Virus record (IMG/VR): IMGVR_UViG_3300048670_000627 | Coordinates: 1 to 39,464 of that record | Origin: a virus | Taxonomy: Duplodnaviria > Caudoviricetes | DNA length: 39,464 nt | Direction: 5' to 3' (one strand) | Shown here: positions 19,701 through 28,360 of the stretch, one piece after another | Layout: each line of letters starts with the position of its first letter | Position numbering within the stretch: the first letter of the stretch is position 1 | Program-made: the position numbers and the translations under genes | Notes under the pieces: model-generated | Seen by the model: the letters and a program-made list of their open reading frames with translations, nothing else | The model's database searches: none | What the model was told of the DNA's origin: nothing

Positions 19701-19739
19701 TCCTCCGATACCCGTTTGTAATTTATTATTTTTAGCCAA
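13776..19739 (-). CDS. Tape measure protein (1987 aa, TTG start)
   Basis: Longest ORF; Ala/Lys/Gln-rich helical sequence with Gly-rich hydrophobic segments (GAMIGSFIPGIGNAVGAAVGGIIGG) and a C-terminal IRLMIDGKQV; lies between chaperone and baseplate genes. Confidence 0.85.
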   Translation of the reverse strand: MAKNNKLQTGIGGKKTGYEEDLKAAEKLVAAKQKIVDKGKDEAKQAEKLLKTNEKNLKTLEDAKARKKELLEIDTELTKNDKQRLAHAEKIIALKTKEISSNKNAVKDAKDILKTQEKNTKELEKASATQNKILVKEKERQKNLRKIIVDTEELESLTGSITSNTQAYGKEFKKTLPNVKNIKDTLSSVATIITKLPESQKGLSKQAQVTTESYKNLNLSIISSKKELADNTITQEQFNKTIVESYKEFDKLISKIDTTTKEGKDLVKIYSEQKKKIGEQVDIQKLITQSEIDRIDGIKTLNSAIDRVNKGEEQNLKIIELVNQRQATIKDNLNNIAEITSKLPETQSELKKQADATADAYVNFENSIISAQSQLDKGKIKQDEYNKLIVESYKDYDKLISKIDTSTEEGRKLVEIYTKQKNELSGQIDIQGKLSQYEKNRIKGVQDLNAQFSKTNLQYEKYSELAELAQARQGSIETNLASISNLIASITDEQGDLKNQATAAADAYVDLENTIINAKKQLKDKKITLEEYNKLVKDSNEDFEKQIGLIDTSTDAGRALVNTFKGAAEASEEFVKNAEKSEKILNGFNTAMDELGSSGIPAASQLSDVFKKMASGDIPGAKMALVALGAVLGKLATDYFAAPFQVDIEFRNERIENQINALKQFGEVEVAVQAKGDTKAMTALPTDRGAAPQMKQVMETATGKKAGDVSMKELYLAKERGAIDLEVAKQKEDIEVDISNVAKKNQRELEKSQADHALELVKLQNEAAFAAEKAANSFAASMQSAAAQFRAASKTALFGNKLGGVGYGAAQLQMAGISADKIAGAMSAASAATGKMPTGKAAADMAIMADRTGQSVESIAEMNEFFQATEKVSAEAAMNMQEGMRALADNSGISLGNLMQEVASASKDALGYQIKSGKALAKQVAYAQSMGVNFGDIAKAGKSMVLNYKDSIKAEMQLSTMLGEQVDLSEVRAKFAEGDTSGALDALKAQGLNPEDMDMFQQEALSQALGGMDLGSLQKIATKDGKTAELAAGKAGAANQDYLKRNVAAQAALNSEQAQISAQQAIIDAKTSQKALESLLQSPDYTKAQQAILEQQKKDADLEGQIRKEKVEKGLNDEMLAREKAQGLLEKTYDTLTENLKTFNKNIIEAAIQTKQFAPEKSMFENALGAIGGIVGGVLTSALTNIGSGFLQNKLTGKSQTSTGGSKKTTAGGKRKTKSTSGTSKKTKTKSSRSRPSRKSRGIKAKGLFGVGAALLLPTVVSAASDMISGGSAASAEEQTEPTVETVTPGEQTQTGALASTDICSCIAALSSQVGISNDYLKEQLYTSADYWSESADLLNQEIKATTAGVLTNEALELGLVGMQKASTAGFNAISKNVAKSGTKVVGQEVAESAGKTGLSKVSEKLGITAIKKTGGEVIEGVAKTAIGKVATNTLAKVGTSMAGKIAMKATSGPLGIVTGVVGGLAQVYGDYKKDEAVATGNLAALTEGRIADTVGTALEYAGYGAMIGSFIPGIGNAVGAAVGGIIGGAVGIWNNWYSAEAEAQKAAAEREANQQAALQSLIAINTSVDATMDRSFAIAERTGELADDEAAWRDAVLQQMIETTRLTEQLLWKGEMGSAQIIGGKLATREYEGSYDKTKGVMAKRMGKAEALSAREQNILNASVGDTGVNKNSKGEQMNFAEYKQAYNVTDDELAKIREKQKLLAVAQTRTNELALQQAQQGTTTTTATGTTTPTTTTTTAAGTTTAAGTTTATTAATTAPAATPAVSLATEATQKLIQTQADTRGILMYGLMQTMNTNLNSLITWVGMGYNNQFSLMNTTLTGISTKMDSMVGTGQVSTTDSILTMIQQEANMRGVAEYGLMQMMNTSLNNIASKAVTATNPLEQAANAANIQTAKINSNIAKNEFVTAVNSQKLNDKVLNLNNQTAQLIQVNKNLQSLLDAMLTNNENDGQIRLMIDGKQVSRVIKRREDSEKGTSPETGGGGD
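14440..14580 (-). repeat. Thr/Ala-rich low-complexity linker in the tape measure protein
   Basis: GTTTTTATGTTTPTTTTTTAAGTTTAAGTTTATTAATTAPAATPA; imperfect gttgtt/gccgtt repeats in the DNA. Confidence 0.8.
18046..19196 (-). repeat. Three 441-bp (147-aa) repeats in the tape measure N-terminal region
   Basis: The IDT(T/S)T anchor begins at 18974, 18533 and 18092, exactly 441 nt apart; flanking peptide similarity is visible; the third copy is partial. Confidence 0.85.
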
Positions 19740-19764
19740 ATGTCATTAAAATTTTATTGTAATA

Positions 19765-20025
19765 TTAGACTTCTTTTATACCATATTTTTTAATGTAAGC
19801 ATCTACATGCGATGCATCTAATCCCAAAGCTTCAAGATCTCTTTTTTGTTGCCACATTGATTTTGATAATTTATCATCATAGCTAGTCCATACATCAGCT
19901 AATTTGGGATTGGCTTTCCTTAATCGTTTTAGCCAATCGCTTTCTGTTCCTTTGGATTTTGCTGAGAAGAAGCTTTTGAAGAAATCAATTATACCGGCTT
20001 CTTTCACTAATATTTTTTTGCGCAT
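19765..20025 (-). CDS. Small hypothetical protein (86 aa)
   Basis: Start moved to the ATG at 20025 (MRKKILVKEAG), 21 nt downstream of an ATATTTATA motif at 20047-20055. Confidence 0.65.
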   Translation of the reverse strand: MRKKILVKEAGIIDFFKSFFSAKSKGTESDWLKRLRKANPKLADVWTSYDDKLSKSMWQQKRDLEALGLDASHVDAYIKKYGIKEV

Positions 20026-20070
20026 ACTAATAGTATTATGTTTATGTATAAATATAAACAATATCAATTA

Positions 20071-20287
20071 TTATCTCCGTCTAACTCGTGAGCTTGATGA
20101 TTTACTTTTTTCTATTGTAGAAGTTTCTTCTTCCTTTGTTTTGAGTAGTTCTCGCCAATAAAATTCTCGTAACTTTATGGGCATATAATAAAGGTCATGC
20201 CAATTAAATCCACCATTGGCGTAGTAAATCATTTGAAAAATCTTTCCGTGTAAAACTATTGAGTAATTAATCGGCAGGGTAAAAAAA
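20071..20287 (-). CDS. Tail assembly chaperone C-terminal extension, probably reached by frameshift
   Basis: The +1 frame is open through the T7 run: FFTLPINYSIVLHGKIFQMIYYANGGFNWHDLYYMPIKLREFYWRELL; W..LY.MP...R is typical of GT-type extensions. An independent start at M (20232) is also possible. Confidence 0.65.
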
Positions 20288-21097
20288 GTCAACCCCGAAA
20301 GGTATACGAAGAGCCTCCGCTTCTCCTGTAAATGGTGATGTATATTCAAATGTCAAATCCAAATCAGGAGTCATAGATGCTATATACTTACGAAGTGCTT
20401 TGGAATCTCCTGCTAACAATCGGTTTGATACAAAATTACTAATATATCCGAAATCACGATTACCCTCTACTTCCGTTATAATTCTTCTATATCTTGCAGT
20501 AATTTCGTTTCCTGTTTTTAATGTTTTTTGACTTGCTTCAATATCTTTATTAATTGATAGTTCATCACCATGCGTTATCAACTTAAATTTAATGGGCATT
20601 TTTGAAACAGGTAGTGTGAATTGATATTCATTATTTCTATTTAATAATTCTTCATCAATTTCTTTTATTTTGATTTTTGAAAGGTCAACAATGGTTTCAA
20701 CTGCTTCTTTTTCTTCTGGATCATTTATTGTTACATTATAATCCGGTCCGAATGCTAAAATCCTAGATGTAACTAATATTGCATTCTTATCACCAATCAG
20801 TAAATCATTTATATCAACACCCGGCTCTACAACTATTGATTCTAAAAGTTTATCTAACTGAATACCTTTACGAATAAGGTTTGTAGAAGTAAGTATATCT
20901 TCTTCTTTTGCAGTCATAAGTTTAATTGTAATCTCTCCTTTTGAAAGTGGATTGCTTTCAGGATAAACTAAACCCTTTGAAGGCAATGATATAACTTCTG
21001 TTGGGAATGGGAATGATTGTTGTGGTTGGTAGTTTGGAGTTTCACTAGATTGTAATCCTCTTGTTGCTTTTTTAGCTTCAGCTGCGTTTTGTTCCAT
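20267..21097 (-). CDS. Tail/baseplate assembly chaperone (T4 gp26-like)
   Basis: ISLPSKGLVY...IKLMTAKEEDIL...LLIGDKNAILV..R...FG; ends DFFYPAD; lies between tube and tape measure genes. Confidence 0.7.
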   Translation of the reverse strand: MEQNAAEAKKATRGLQSSETPNYQPQQSFPFPTEVISLPSKGLVYPESNPLSKGEITIKLMTAKEEDILTSTNLIRKGIQLDKLLESIVVEPGVDINDLLIGDKNAILVTSRILAFGPDYNVTINDPEEKEAVETIVDLSKIKIKEIDEELLNRNNEYQFTLPVSKMPIKFKLITHGDELSINKDIEASQKTLKTGNEITARYRRIITEVEGNRDFGYISNFVSNRLLAGDSKALRKYIASMTPDLDLTFEYTSPFTGEAEALRIPFGVDFFYPAD

Positions 21098-21156
21098 AAT
21101 GTAACTTTATAATTTGTTTTATAACTTTGTGTTCAATTATATATATTGTATTTTTA

Positions 21157-21197
21157 AAAAAATAAAAGGGAGTACACATAAAGCGCACTCCCTTTTT
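21157..21197 (-). terminator. Rho-independent terminator after the tail tube gene
   Basis: Minus strand GGGAGTGCGC-TTTAT-GTGTACTCCC followed by TTTTATTTTTTT; the two G-U pairs form only on this strand. Confidence 0.85.
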
Positions 21198-21217
21198 TTA
21201 AATATGTTTGAATATGA

Positions 21218-21706
21218 TTAGTATTCAAGAATTGCGTAGTCGTAAGACAATGTTACTTCAATTGAAACGGGGTCATTACCACTCCAATCCATCTCACCGA
21301 AATTTGCAGATGTGATAAATGCTCCTTTCAATGTCCATTGTTCTACTTTATCACCAACTGGTCCAAGAGTGTAGAAGTTACAATCTTTCTTATAGAAAGC
21401 TGCGTAACCATCACGACCCGTCAATGATTCATGCGATTGACGAACCCAGTCCATTACCATTTGTGCTCCGGAAGGAACGATTGGGTCATAAAGGGTGATA
21501 TTAACATCATCCCAAGTTGATTTACCCTTAATCTTTCTTTTAAGGTTAATATGGTCAAGTTCTACTGGTTCAGAAGTAAAGGTAGGTCTTGAAGCCGTCT
21601 TAACGAGGTAAGATTCTATACCATTTATCTCCATTATAAATCTATTGCTTAGTTTTGGTTCCCAGTTTTTGAAGAACATCTTTTCAAACTCTAATATTTC
21701 TGGCAT
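21218..21706 (-). CDS. Tail tube protein (T4 gp19-like)
   Basis: EPKLSNRF...RP...KIKGKSTWDDVNITLYD...W...YKKD...WTLKGAF...G.MDW...IEVTLSYDY; directly after the sheath gene. Confidence 0.9.
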   Translation of the reverse strand: MPEILEFEKMFFKNWEPKLSNRFIMEINGIESYLVKTASRPTFTSEPVELDHINLKRKIKGKSTWDDVNITLYDPIVPSGAQMVMDWVRQSHESLTGRDGYAAFYKKDCNFYTLGPVGDKVEQWTLKGAFITSANFGEMDWSGNDPVSIEVTLSYDYAILEY

Positions 21707-21732
21707 TTTACTTTATTTTAATTGTTATTTTA

Positions 21733-21741
21733 TATAAATAT
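21733..21741 (-). promoter_or_regulatory. ATATTTATA putative late promoter
   Basis: Intergenic, 26 nt before the tube ATG. Confidence 0.55.
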
Positions 21742-21755
21742 TGTTATTTTATTTT

Positions 21756-24035
21756 TTATCCACCAAATGTTGCTCCGGTAGGTAAAATATTGAAATCAAT
21801 TTGGATAAATTCAGCCGTTTTAGTTGGTTGTAAATAGATTGAACCATTTAAGAAGTTTCTATCTATTGAATCCGGTGTGTTATTACTTTCATCCATTACA
21901 ACTTTAAAAGCGTACAAACCTTGTCTTTGTTGAATACCTTCAAAATATGGATTAACAATATTTAAGAATCTATTACGAGTTGTTGATGTATTTTGTTCAA
22001 ATATTAAGTATCTCGAAGTAGATGCTACATATTTTCTAACAGTCAACAATAATCTACGAACATTAATTCTATCCAATGCTGATGGTTTATCTTGCAAAGT
22101 CTTTTGTCCGAATGCTACAATACCTTGTCCAGGAAATTGTACGATTGGATTTACTTTAGATTCATAAAGATTATCTCTATCAGTTTGAGTCAATTTATTC
22201 AACACTGCAACTGCTCCACTCAATCCACCACGATTCAAACCTGCTGGTGCGAACCATTCTGCTGCCACTCTATCGTTAGCTGCGTAAACAGCCGGTAGAA
22301 GTGTAGAAGGTGGAATTGCTATTAAACGGTTTGTATTGATATCTATTGTTTTAACCCAAGGATAGTACATACCTGCGTAGTTAGAATCAACTTCAGCTGC
22401 CTGATTTCTTACTTCGTTAATTGTACCACTATACCCAACACCTTCCGTAATGTAGAATGCGTCACCTCTATCAGTTACCATATCAAGAACTGCGTTTACA
22501 AGTGCTGTATGGTCTTGATAATTAAGACCTGGAGTAACAACCATTTGAACATCATATTCATCAGCGTTTGAAAGTGCGTTGATTTGCTTTAAGTATGCTA
22601 TAGATCCAGATGTTGTTAATGATGTACAATCAAATCCTTGTGTATTATTGTTTGTAATATCACCTGCTTTTTTGATTTGTGTTGTTGGATTTGTACCATC
22701 CCATCCTTCTTGGAATGCTACTAAGAAGTTTCTTTTAACAATCTCATCAGCTGATGTTGATGTTAAATTTACTGCAGTTCCACCACCATTGTTAGTATCA
22801 AGTGAGAAAGCCGTATTTGAACCGGTTGGTGCACCTGTTGGTAATGGTTTAATATAAATTGAATTATCACTATTACCATCCAAATTAATACCACCATAAA
22901 CTGTTGCGGTTGCTTCTACATAAGTTACGGCCGGAATTAAATTAGATTGGGCCGCTGTAGATCCAGATACAGGTAGTTTATAAGCTGCGTGTCCGGCAGG
23001 AATTGCTTGTACTGGAATTTTTTCATAAGATAATGTAGAATCTCTTTCAGTATTTACAAGTCTTACATATTTTGATTTGTTTACCCAATCTCCTGTTTCA
23101 GTTACTTTACCATCAGACCCGATTGTAATGTGTCTATCACCAATTACTCTATAAACATAATTTACAGAATTAGGATCGAGGGTTACATTTGAATAAGTTT
23201 CATATACAGTCTTTCTACGATTGGTATCGGAATATGCTCTAACTACAATAGTGAATGTACCATAATCAGTTCCTGATATAGTACCTGCTGCTTTGATATT
23301 TGTGATACCAACTTTTACTTTTGTATTTGCTGCGTTACCTGCTCCAATAGTTTCAAAACGTAAAAGATTATATCTTTGTCCAGAAATTAATTGCGATTGA
23401 ATATATGGTGTTTTTGCTTCTTGTGCATCATCGGTAAAATCCTGAGATGGAAATGCCGTTAATGATGCCGTTATGCTAGCCGATATCAATGTGGCCGCTT
23501 TAGTCGTAAAAAATGCATATACATATCCTTCCTTAGTTCCTCTTGCATCCGTACCAAATGATGATTCAATATCATTTACATCCGCAGGGTCTAATGAAGT
23601 AGTAAAACTGTTTCGAGAACCTGAGAAAATAAAATCACCATTTCCAACATTCACTATCGTAGAACCTGATAAGCTACCAGTAGTAGTTGTAGATGTATTA
23701 AACAATATACCAACAGATGATGTAACACTACCACTTGCCAATGTTAATACTAGTGGAGTAGGTTCGGTATATCCACCTACACCTGCTACTCTACAAATTG
23801 TAGCTGCTCCGGCTTCTTTAAGATACGCCTGAACTGCGATTGGTGTGTAATACGTGTCATCTACAGTTCCGAAAAGTTGTTCAAATTCAGTTTGAGTGTT
23901 TACCAATGTAGGTACAAGTGGTCCTTCCTTAAACGGGCCTATAAATGCCGTTCCTATGTCAGCAATACCTTGCTGTAAAAATGATAGGTCATTCTCTCTT
24001 GTGAAAACGCCTGGTGATACTATTTTTTCTGCCAT
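21756..24035 (-). CDS. Contractile tail sheath protein (T4 gp18-like)
   Basis: SPGVFTRENDLS, GPFKEGP, YYPWV, WFAPAGLNRG, LYESKVNPI, GQKTLQ, DRINVRRLL, PTKTAEFI. Confidence 0.95.
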   Translation of the reverse strand: MAEKIVSPGVFTRENDLSFLQQGIADIGTAFIGPFKEGPLVPTLVNTQTEFEQLFGTVDDTYYTPIAVQAYLKEAGAATICRVAGVGGYTEPTPLVLTLASGSVTSSVGILFNTSTTTTGSLSGSTIVNVGNGDFIFSGSRNSFTTSLDPADVNDIESSFGTDARGTKEGYVYAFFTTKAATLISASITASLTAFPSQDFTDDAQEAKTPYIQSQLISGQRYNLLRFETIGAGNAANTKVKVGITNIKAAGTISGTDYGTFTIVVRAYSDTNRRKTVYETYSNVTLDPNSVNYVYRVIGDRHITIGSDGKVTETGDWVNKSKYVRLVNTERDSTLSYEKIPVQAIPAGHAAYKLPVSGSTAAQSNLIPAVTYVEATATVYGGINLDGNSDNSIYIKPLPTGAPTGSNTAFSLDTNNGGGTAVNLTSTSADEIVKRNFLVAFQEGWDGTNPTTQIKKAGDITNNNTQGFDCTSLTTSGSIAYLKQINALSNADEYDVQMVVTPGLNYQDHTALVNAVLDMVTDRGDAFYITEGVGYSGTINEVRNQAAEVDSNYAGMYYPWVKTIDINTNRLIAIPPSTLLPAVYAANDRVAAEWFAPAGLNRGGLSGAVAVLNKLTQTDRDNLYESKVNPIVQFPGQGIVAFGQKTLQDKPSALDRINVRRLLLTVRKYVASTSRYLIFEQNTSTTRNRFLNIVNPYFEGIQQRQGLYAFKVVMDESNNTPDSIDRNFLNGSIYLQPTKTAEFIQIDFNILPTGATFGG

Positions 24036-24190
24036 TGTTTTTTTATTTTAATTGTTACTTGTTTTGGTTAATGATAAATATATTTTTATATTCCAAAACA
24101 TTAATTTTTGGGTATAAAATTTATAAATAATATTTTGATAGTTGGATTATAACCAGGGATATATATAAAATTAAATTCCTAAAATGTAAA

Positions 24191-25159
24191 TTATGCAGCA
24201 AAATTTCCGGTAGTAGATGATAGTTTTTTAACTATGTAATAACTTCCAGGTTGTGGTGTTACACTTCCAGCGCTAGTTGTAACACGTAATCTTATATTGG
24301 TGGCCGCATTTGTAAATACTATAACTTTAAAATTAAATAGATGATAATTTGGGGCTGTTAATGTGCCGGTGGCAGCATGTGCAAGTGTAGTGTTTGATTG
24401 TATGATTGCGTGAGCCGTTACCGGTGCTGTGGTGACAGCTGTTGTCGTGAATCCTGCAACAGCTGTACCGACGTAGTAACTTCTCATTAAACTTGGCGCA
24501 GAACTGGCTAACCAAGTCCAGGTTACAGTTCCGTTTGTGGTTTTTTGAAAGTAGGCCACACATTCTATATCATAAAAAGAATTGGCCTCTAAATTTATTG
24601 AACTATTTGCAGGAAAGTAATCGGTTATTGTTGGGCCCAATGCAGATCCAGATGATGTATATCGGTATATATATGTGTTAGGTATTTCACCTCTACCAGA
24701 TGTTGTATTAGTTGTAGCATATAAAGTTGAACCATCATATTCAATTGCTCCTGCAGATGCAGTTGCTAAATTTGTGCCGGTTGGTATTAATATTGGTGGA
24801 GTTGAATTTGTACCAGCATTAGTTCTTATACTTGCCGTTACTCCGGTGTGTATAACTTGGCTTGTTGTACTTAGGTTTTGGTTTATAGTATATGCGGTTA
24901 TATTATTTGCAAATGATGCCGTTGCTAATAATGAACCAATAATTGAAACTGAACCTGATATACTTACATTTTTATATTGGTCAACTGAAAATATATTAAC
25001 ACTACCGGTACTCACCGAAAACAAAGTTGCATCGGATGCGGTTGTATCTGCAATAGTAAATATTGGGCCAGAACTACCAGATATGTTTAATAAAGTTGAG
25101 CCACTACCTTGTACCGTTAACGAATTAAAACTTCCTGTATCTGTATAAAATATTGCCAT
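24191..25159 (-). CDS. Ser/Thr-rich virion protein (fibre/collar-like)
   Basis: SGS/TGS beta-repeats, GAIEYDG motif and a beta-rich C-terminal domain. Confidence 0.6.
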   Translation of the reverse strand: MAIFYTDTGSFNSLTVQGSGSTLLNISGSSGPIFTIADTTASDATLFSVSTGSVNIFSVDQYKNVSISGSVSIIGSLLATASFANNITAYTINQNLSTTSQVIHTGVTASIRTNAGTNSTPPILIPTGTNLATASAGAIEYDGSTLYATTNTTSGRGEIPNTYIYRYTSSGSALGPTITDYFPANSSINLEANSFYDIECVAYFQKTTNGTVTWTWLASSAPSLMRSYYVGTAVAGFTTTAVTTAPVTAHAIIQSNTTLAHAATGTLTAPNYHLFNFKVIVFTNAATNIRLRVTTSAGSVTPQPGSYYIVKKLSSTTGNFAA

Positions 25160-25191
25160 ACGTTAATAAATATTAAATTTAATATAAAGTA

Positions 25192-25647
25192 TTAATCGTT
25201 GTATGTACTTACTATGAATAGTATATTATCATTTACGCCGGCTGTTACATTAAATGTATAACTATCCGGGCCTTCCGATACGGGTATACCGGATCCTTGA
25301 AATACTCCATTTTTTTTAAGATATACATTTCCTAGTGCATAACCAACAAAATCCAATGTGCCTTTATTAAGTGTTAGTGTAATTGGTATATTACTAACTA
25401 TGGGGCCAGTACTAGTATAAATGATTTGGGCAGGACCGTTATTTACTAATTCTGGAGGTACAGTTATATTAGTTCCCGATGGGGTAAACTGTATACCAGA
25501 TAGACTTACCACAGTATCTGCTTGTAATAATCCAATTGATAATTCAATACTATAGTTTGCAAAAGGCGGAGTAAATGTAGGATCAGTACTTATATTAATA
25601 CTACCGTTTTTGTTTATTCTACAATATGTGTTTATATTTATTGCCAT
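25192..25647 (-). CDS. Hypothetical beta-rich virion-associated protein
   Basis: 151-aa ORF; ATATTTATA motif 4 nt upstream (25652-25660); N-terminus MAININ resembles MAIIING of its neighbour. Confidence 0.6.
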   Translation of the reverse strand: MAININTYCRINKNGSINISTDPTFTPPFANYSIELSIGLLQADTVVSLSGIQFTPSGTNITVPPELVNNGPAQIIYTSTGPIVSNIPITLTLNKGTLDFVGYALGNVYLKKNGVFQGSGIPVSEGPDSYTFNVTAGVNDNILFIVSTYND

Positions 25648-25666
25648 TTATTATAAATATTTTATT

Positions 25667-25969
25667 TTAATCACACCCATTATCACTTATTATTGTATTT
25701 CCTGATAATCCATAATAACCGACATTTACTGGGTCACTAATAGCAATATAAGTAGTTGGTATTGTTAATGCTAGGTCTGTGTATAGTGTGGAGCCTATAC
25801 CTAGGACGGGGGATGCTGAATATATTAGGTATGTGTCAAATCTTTGTTCACATGCATCACCGTTAATATATACACTAAAAGCGTATGATTGCACAAACGG
25901 TTTTTCTTTTTTAATATTAGTTTTATTTACACCATCTATATTAAGTGTTCCATTAATTATAATTGCCAT
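25667..25969 (-). CDS. Hypothetical small protein with two Cys
   Basis: 100-aa ORF in the fibre block; AC...IYS...LGIGSTLYTD.AL...C. Confidence 0.55.
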   Translation of the reverse strand: MAIIINGTLNIDGVNKTNIKKEKPFVQSYAFSVYINGDACEQRFDTYLIYSASPVLGIGSTLYTDLALTIPTTYIAISDPVNVGYYGLSGNTIISDNGCD

Positions 25970-25977
25970 AACTTGTA

Positions 25978-27894
25978 TTAATTATAAGACGTTGCTATCC
26001 AATATACTGGCCCAGTCAACGCTTGCGATGAGTTTGAATTTATTGTAAAACCGGTTGACGATTTTGATTGTATAGACCATACTCTTGGGTCTTCTCCTGT
26101 TACAGTTACCGAATATAGATTATTACTATATGCTGTTCCAAAAGTTATTGCCGATACTAATGGTGTTCCCGTAAAAGATACTACAGACGCAGATGCTGCT
26201 TTCAATGATTGTAGCGAACCGGTTATACCTGCTGATACGGTTAATGATCCTGTTATTTGGGTGTTAGTTTCTAATCGTATTAATGAACCACTACTATAAA
26301 TCACCGATGAAGTCATATGATGTCCACCATCGCCTACGGCGGCATACCCTATATTGATTGGCAATTCACTTCCCATACCACTATTGTTCCTTGGGCCTAC
26401 TAGAAATAGAGCACCATCATAAGTTGCTCCTGCTGGGTTACTGTATATCCATTGATCATTTTGGCTATCCCATAATATAGATCCCGTTTTACCCGTTGAG
26501 CCCGAATCGTAAACTGCTAATCCGCCAAAACGAACAGCCGGCGTTGATGTACTTACTCTAATTATATTTGTAGATATATCTAATTGAGAAGAAGTTACAT
26601 ATGTAATTGATGAACTACCAAGTACAGTTAAATTTTGGTTTATAATTAAACTACCACTTATTGTTTGTGTTGTTCCGCTACTTCCGGTTGTTAAAAATGA
26701 GCCAGTTTGTGAGTTCAATGTGTAAGCCGATAACATTGAACCAGTTTGTGTGTTTAATACGAAACTGCTAGTCTGCTGATTAGTTACAAATGAACCGGTT
26801 TGTGTATTTAATACAAATGAGCTTGTTTGGGAATTAGTTACATAGTTCGTAAGAGAGTTTGTAAATAACTTACCACTCGTCGAGTCAATAGTTATTACAT
26901 CCGTAAAGTTATCAGCTTGTAGATTTCTAAAATAAATTGCTGTTCCTGAACCCGATACTACTAATGATCCTGTAATGTTTAATGACCCTGTAATATTTTG
27001 CGTACCAATAAAGGAATTTGAACCCGTTCTTGCAAATGAACTAGTCTGCGAATTAGTTACAAAGCTTGAAGTAGCTGAATTTGGTGTATATCCAAAAACA
27101 CTTCCGCTAAATGAGCCGGTTATACCACCCGATACAATTAATCCGTTTGTGAAATTACCACTACCACTTACATCTAAAGTATATATTGGTTTTACTACAT
27201 TTATACCAACCTTACCATTTGCTGAACCCGCATATGGATTCGTACCTATATTGGAATATGATCCCGTTGCGAATATAATACCACCTAAATTTATAGAGTC
27301 TCTCGCATCCTCAGGTAATGTTATGTTTGTACCAATTATGATATTATTAGAATTGATACCATTTCCTGTTATTCTTTTACCAACATAATATCCTATTAAA
27401 GTTGAATAACTTGCACTATATGCATTTTGTCCTGTATCGCGGCCAAAGAAATTTGAATTATTTGCATTTCCGGCTCCCAAACCTGCACCATATCCTAAAA
27501 AGTTTGATTGATGTGCGTTTGTCGCAGAGTTACCAGCTTGATACCCAATAAAATTAGACGTATATGAATTTATCGCAGTATCGCCGGCCGATGCTCCTAA
27601 AAAGATTGAATGATTACTATTTGTTGCACCAGCTCCTGCATTACTACCAAAAAATATACCCTGCGTGGTACTAAAATTAGAAGTTGCTGGATTTGTTGAA
27701 TATAATGAAGTACCTGCTGTTGATATAGAACCAGTACCTCCACCACTACCAAATCCACTAGCTGCAGCTGATGCCGATATGAATGTTGGATTTATGTATG
27801 ATGCCGTAGCAGCATACGAAGAACTTTCAACCAATATATGATATTTGGTATCGTAAGTTCTATTTTTTGATATTCCGTATAATCCTTTATTCAT
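25978..27894 (-). CDS. Tail fibre-like protein (638 aa)
   Basis: SNF(I/L/F)GxxAG beta-roll-like repeats, GKVGIN motif, NSQTSSFV repeats and a C-terminal H-type-lectin/gp53-like domain (ITFGTAYSN..YSVTVT...STGFTI). Confidence 0.7.
   Translation of the reverse strand: MNKGLYGISKNRTYDTKYHILVESSSYAATASYINPTFISASAAASGFGSGGGTGSISTAGTSLYSTNPATSNFSTTQGIFFGSNAGAGATNSNHSIFLGASAGDTAINSYTSNFIGYQAGNSATNAHQSNFLGYGAGLGAGNANNSNFFGRDTGQNAYSASYSTLIGYYVGKRITGNGINSNNIIIGTNITLPEDARDSINLGGIIFATGSYSNIGTNPYAGSANGKVGINVVKPIYTLDVSGSGNFTNGLIVSGGITGSFSGSVFGYTPNSATSSFVTNSQTSSFARTGSNSFIGTQNITGSLNITGSLVVSGSGTAIYFRNLQADNFTDVITIDSTSGKLFTNSLTNYVTNSQTSSFVLNTQTGSFVTNQQTSSFVLNTQTGSMLSAYTLNSQTGSFLTTGSSGTTQTISGSLIINQNLTVLGSSSITYVTSSQLDISTNIIRVSTSTPAVRFGGLAVYDSGSTGKTGSILWDSQNDQWIYSNPAGATYDGALFLVGPRNNSGMGSELPINIGYAAVGDGGHHMTSSVIYSSGSLIRLETNTQITGSLTVSAGITGSLQSLKAASASVVSFTGTPLVSAITFGTAYSNNLYSVTVTGEDPRVWSIQSKSSTGFTINSNSSQALTGPVYWIATSYN
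26690..26845 (-). repeat. 27-bp (9-aa) NxQT(S/G)SFV tandem repeats
   Basis: NSQTSSFVL NTQTGSFVT NQQTSSFVL NTQTGSMLSAYTL NSQTGSFL; boundaries approximate. Confidence 0.8.
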
Positions 27895-27900
27895 AGTTTA

Positions 27901-28359
27901 TTATACTGCGGTATATGTACTACCTTCCAATGTTACAGATAATCCATCTCCGTTGTTTCCAAAAGAAGATTGATTTATTGCTATTTTATCAGTTTCATTT
28001 AATATTAGTCCACCTGTAAATGTCAATTGTGCATATGGTGGTGGGGTTGTTGCGGTTACCGATGTTGATGGAAACTTTACAACATCGTATATACTCCAAG
28101 CGTTATAGTCGGCCGCATATACCCATATGTATACTAACTTTTCTGATACCGTTGGCAAATTTGCAACGTCAGCCAATGCACGAATTGTAATCCTTTCTAC
28201 CAATGTTCCTTCGGTAGCGGCTGCCTGAAATATAGTTAGTGGTAAATTATTTCCAATATCATTAACATTTAGTGCTCCAAAATTTCCCGTTTGGAAGTTT
28301 CTTGTCACAAGTACCGGTGTTGCTGTAAATACCGGTTGTTTGTTTATTGTTGATGGCAT
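27901..28359 (-). CDS. Hypothetical virion protein
   Basis: 152-aa beta-rich ORF between the two fibre genes. Confidence 0.6.
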   Translation of the reverse strand: MPSTINKQPVFTATPVLVTRNFQTGNFGALNVNDIGNNLPLTIFQAAATEGTLVERITIRALADVANLPTVSEKLVYIWVYAADYNAWSIYDVVKFPSTSVTATTPPPYAQLTFTGGLILNETDKIAINQSSFGNNGDGLSVTLEGSTYTAV

Positions 28360-28360
28360 A

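Noticed and set aside
20026-20067. Longer start (MILFIFIHK...) for the small gene before the tape measure
   Set aside because: It runs across the ATATTTATA motif; ATG 20025 fits the pattern of the other genes.
24036-24190. Intergenic gap considered as a tRNA or ncRNA
   Set aside because: Very AT-rich with no cloverleaf or convincing stem; it contains only two late-promoter-like motifs.
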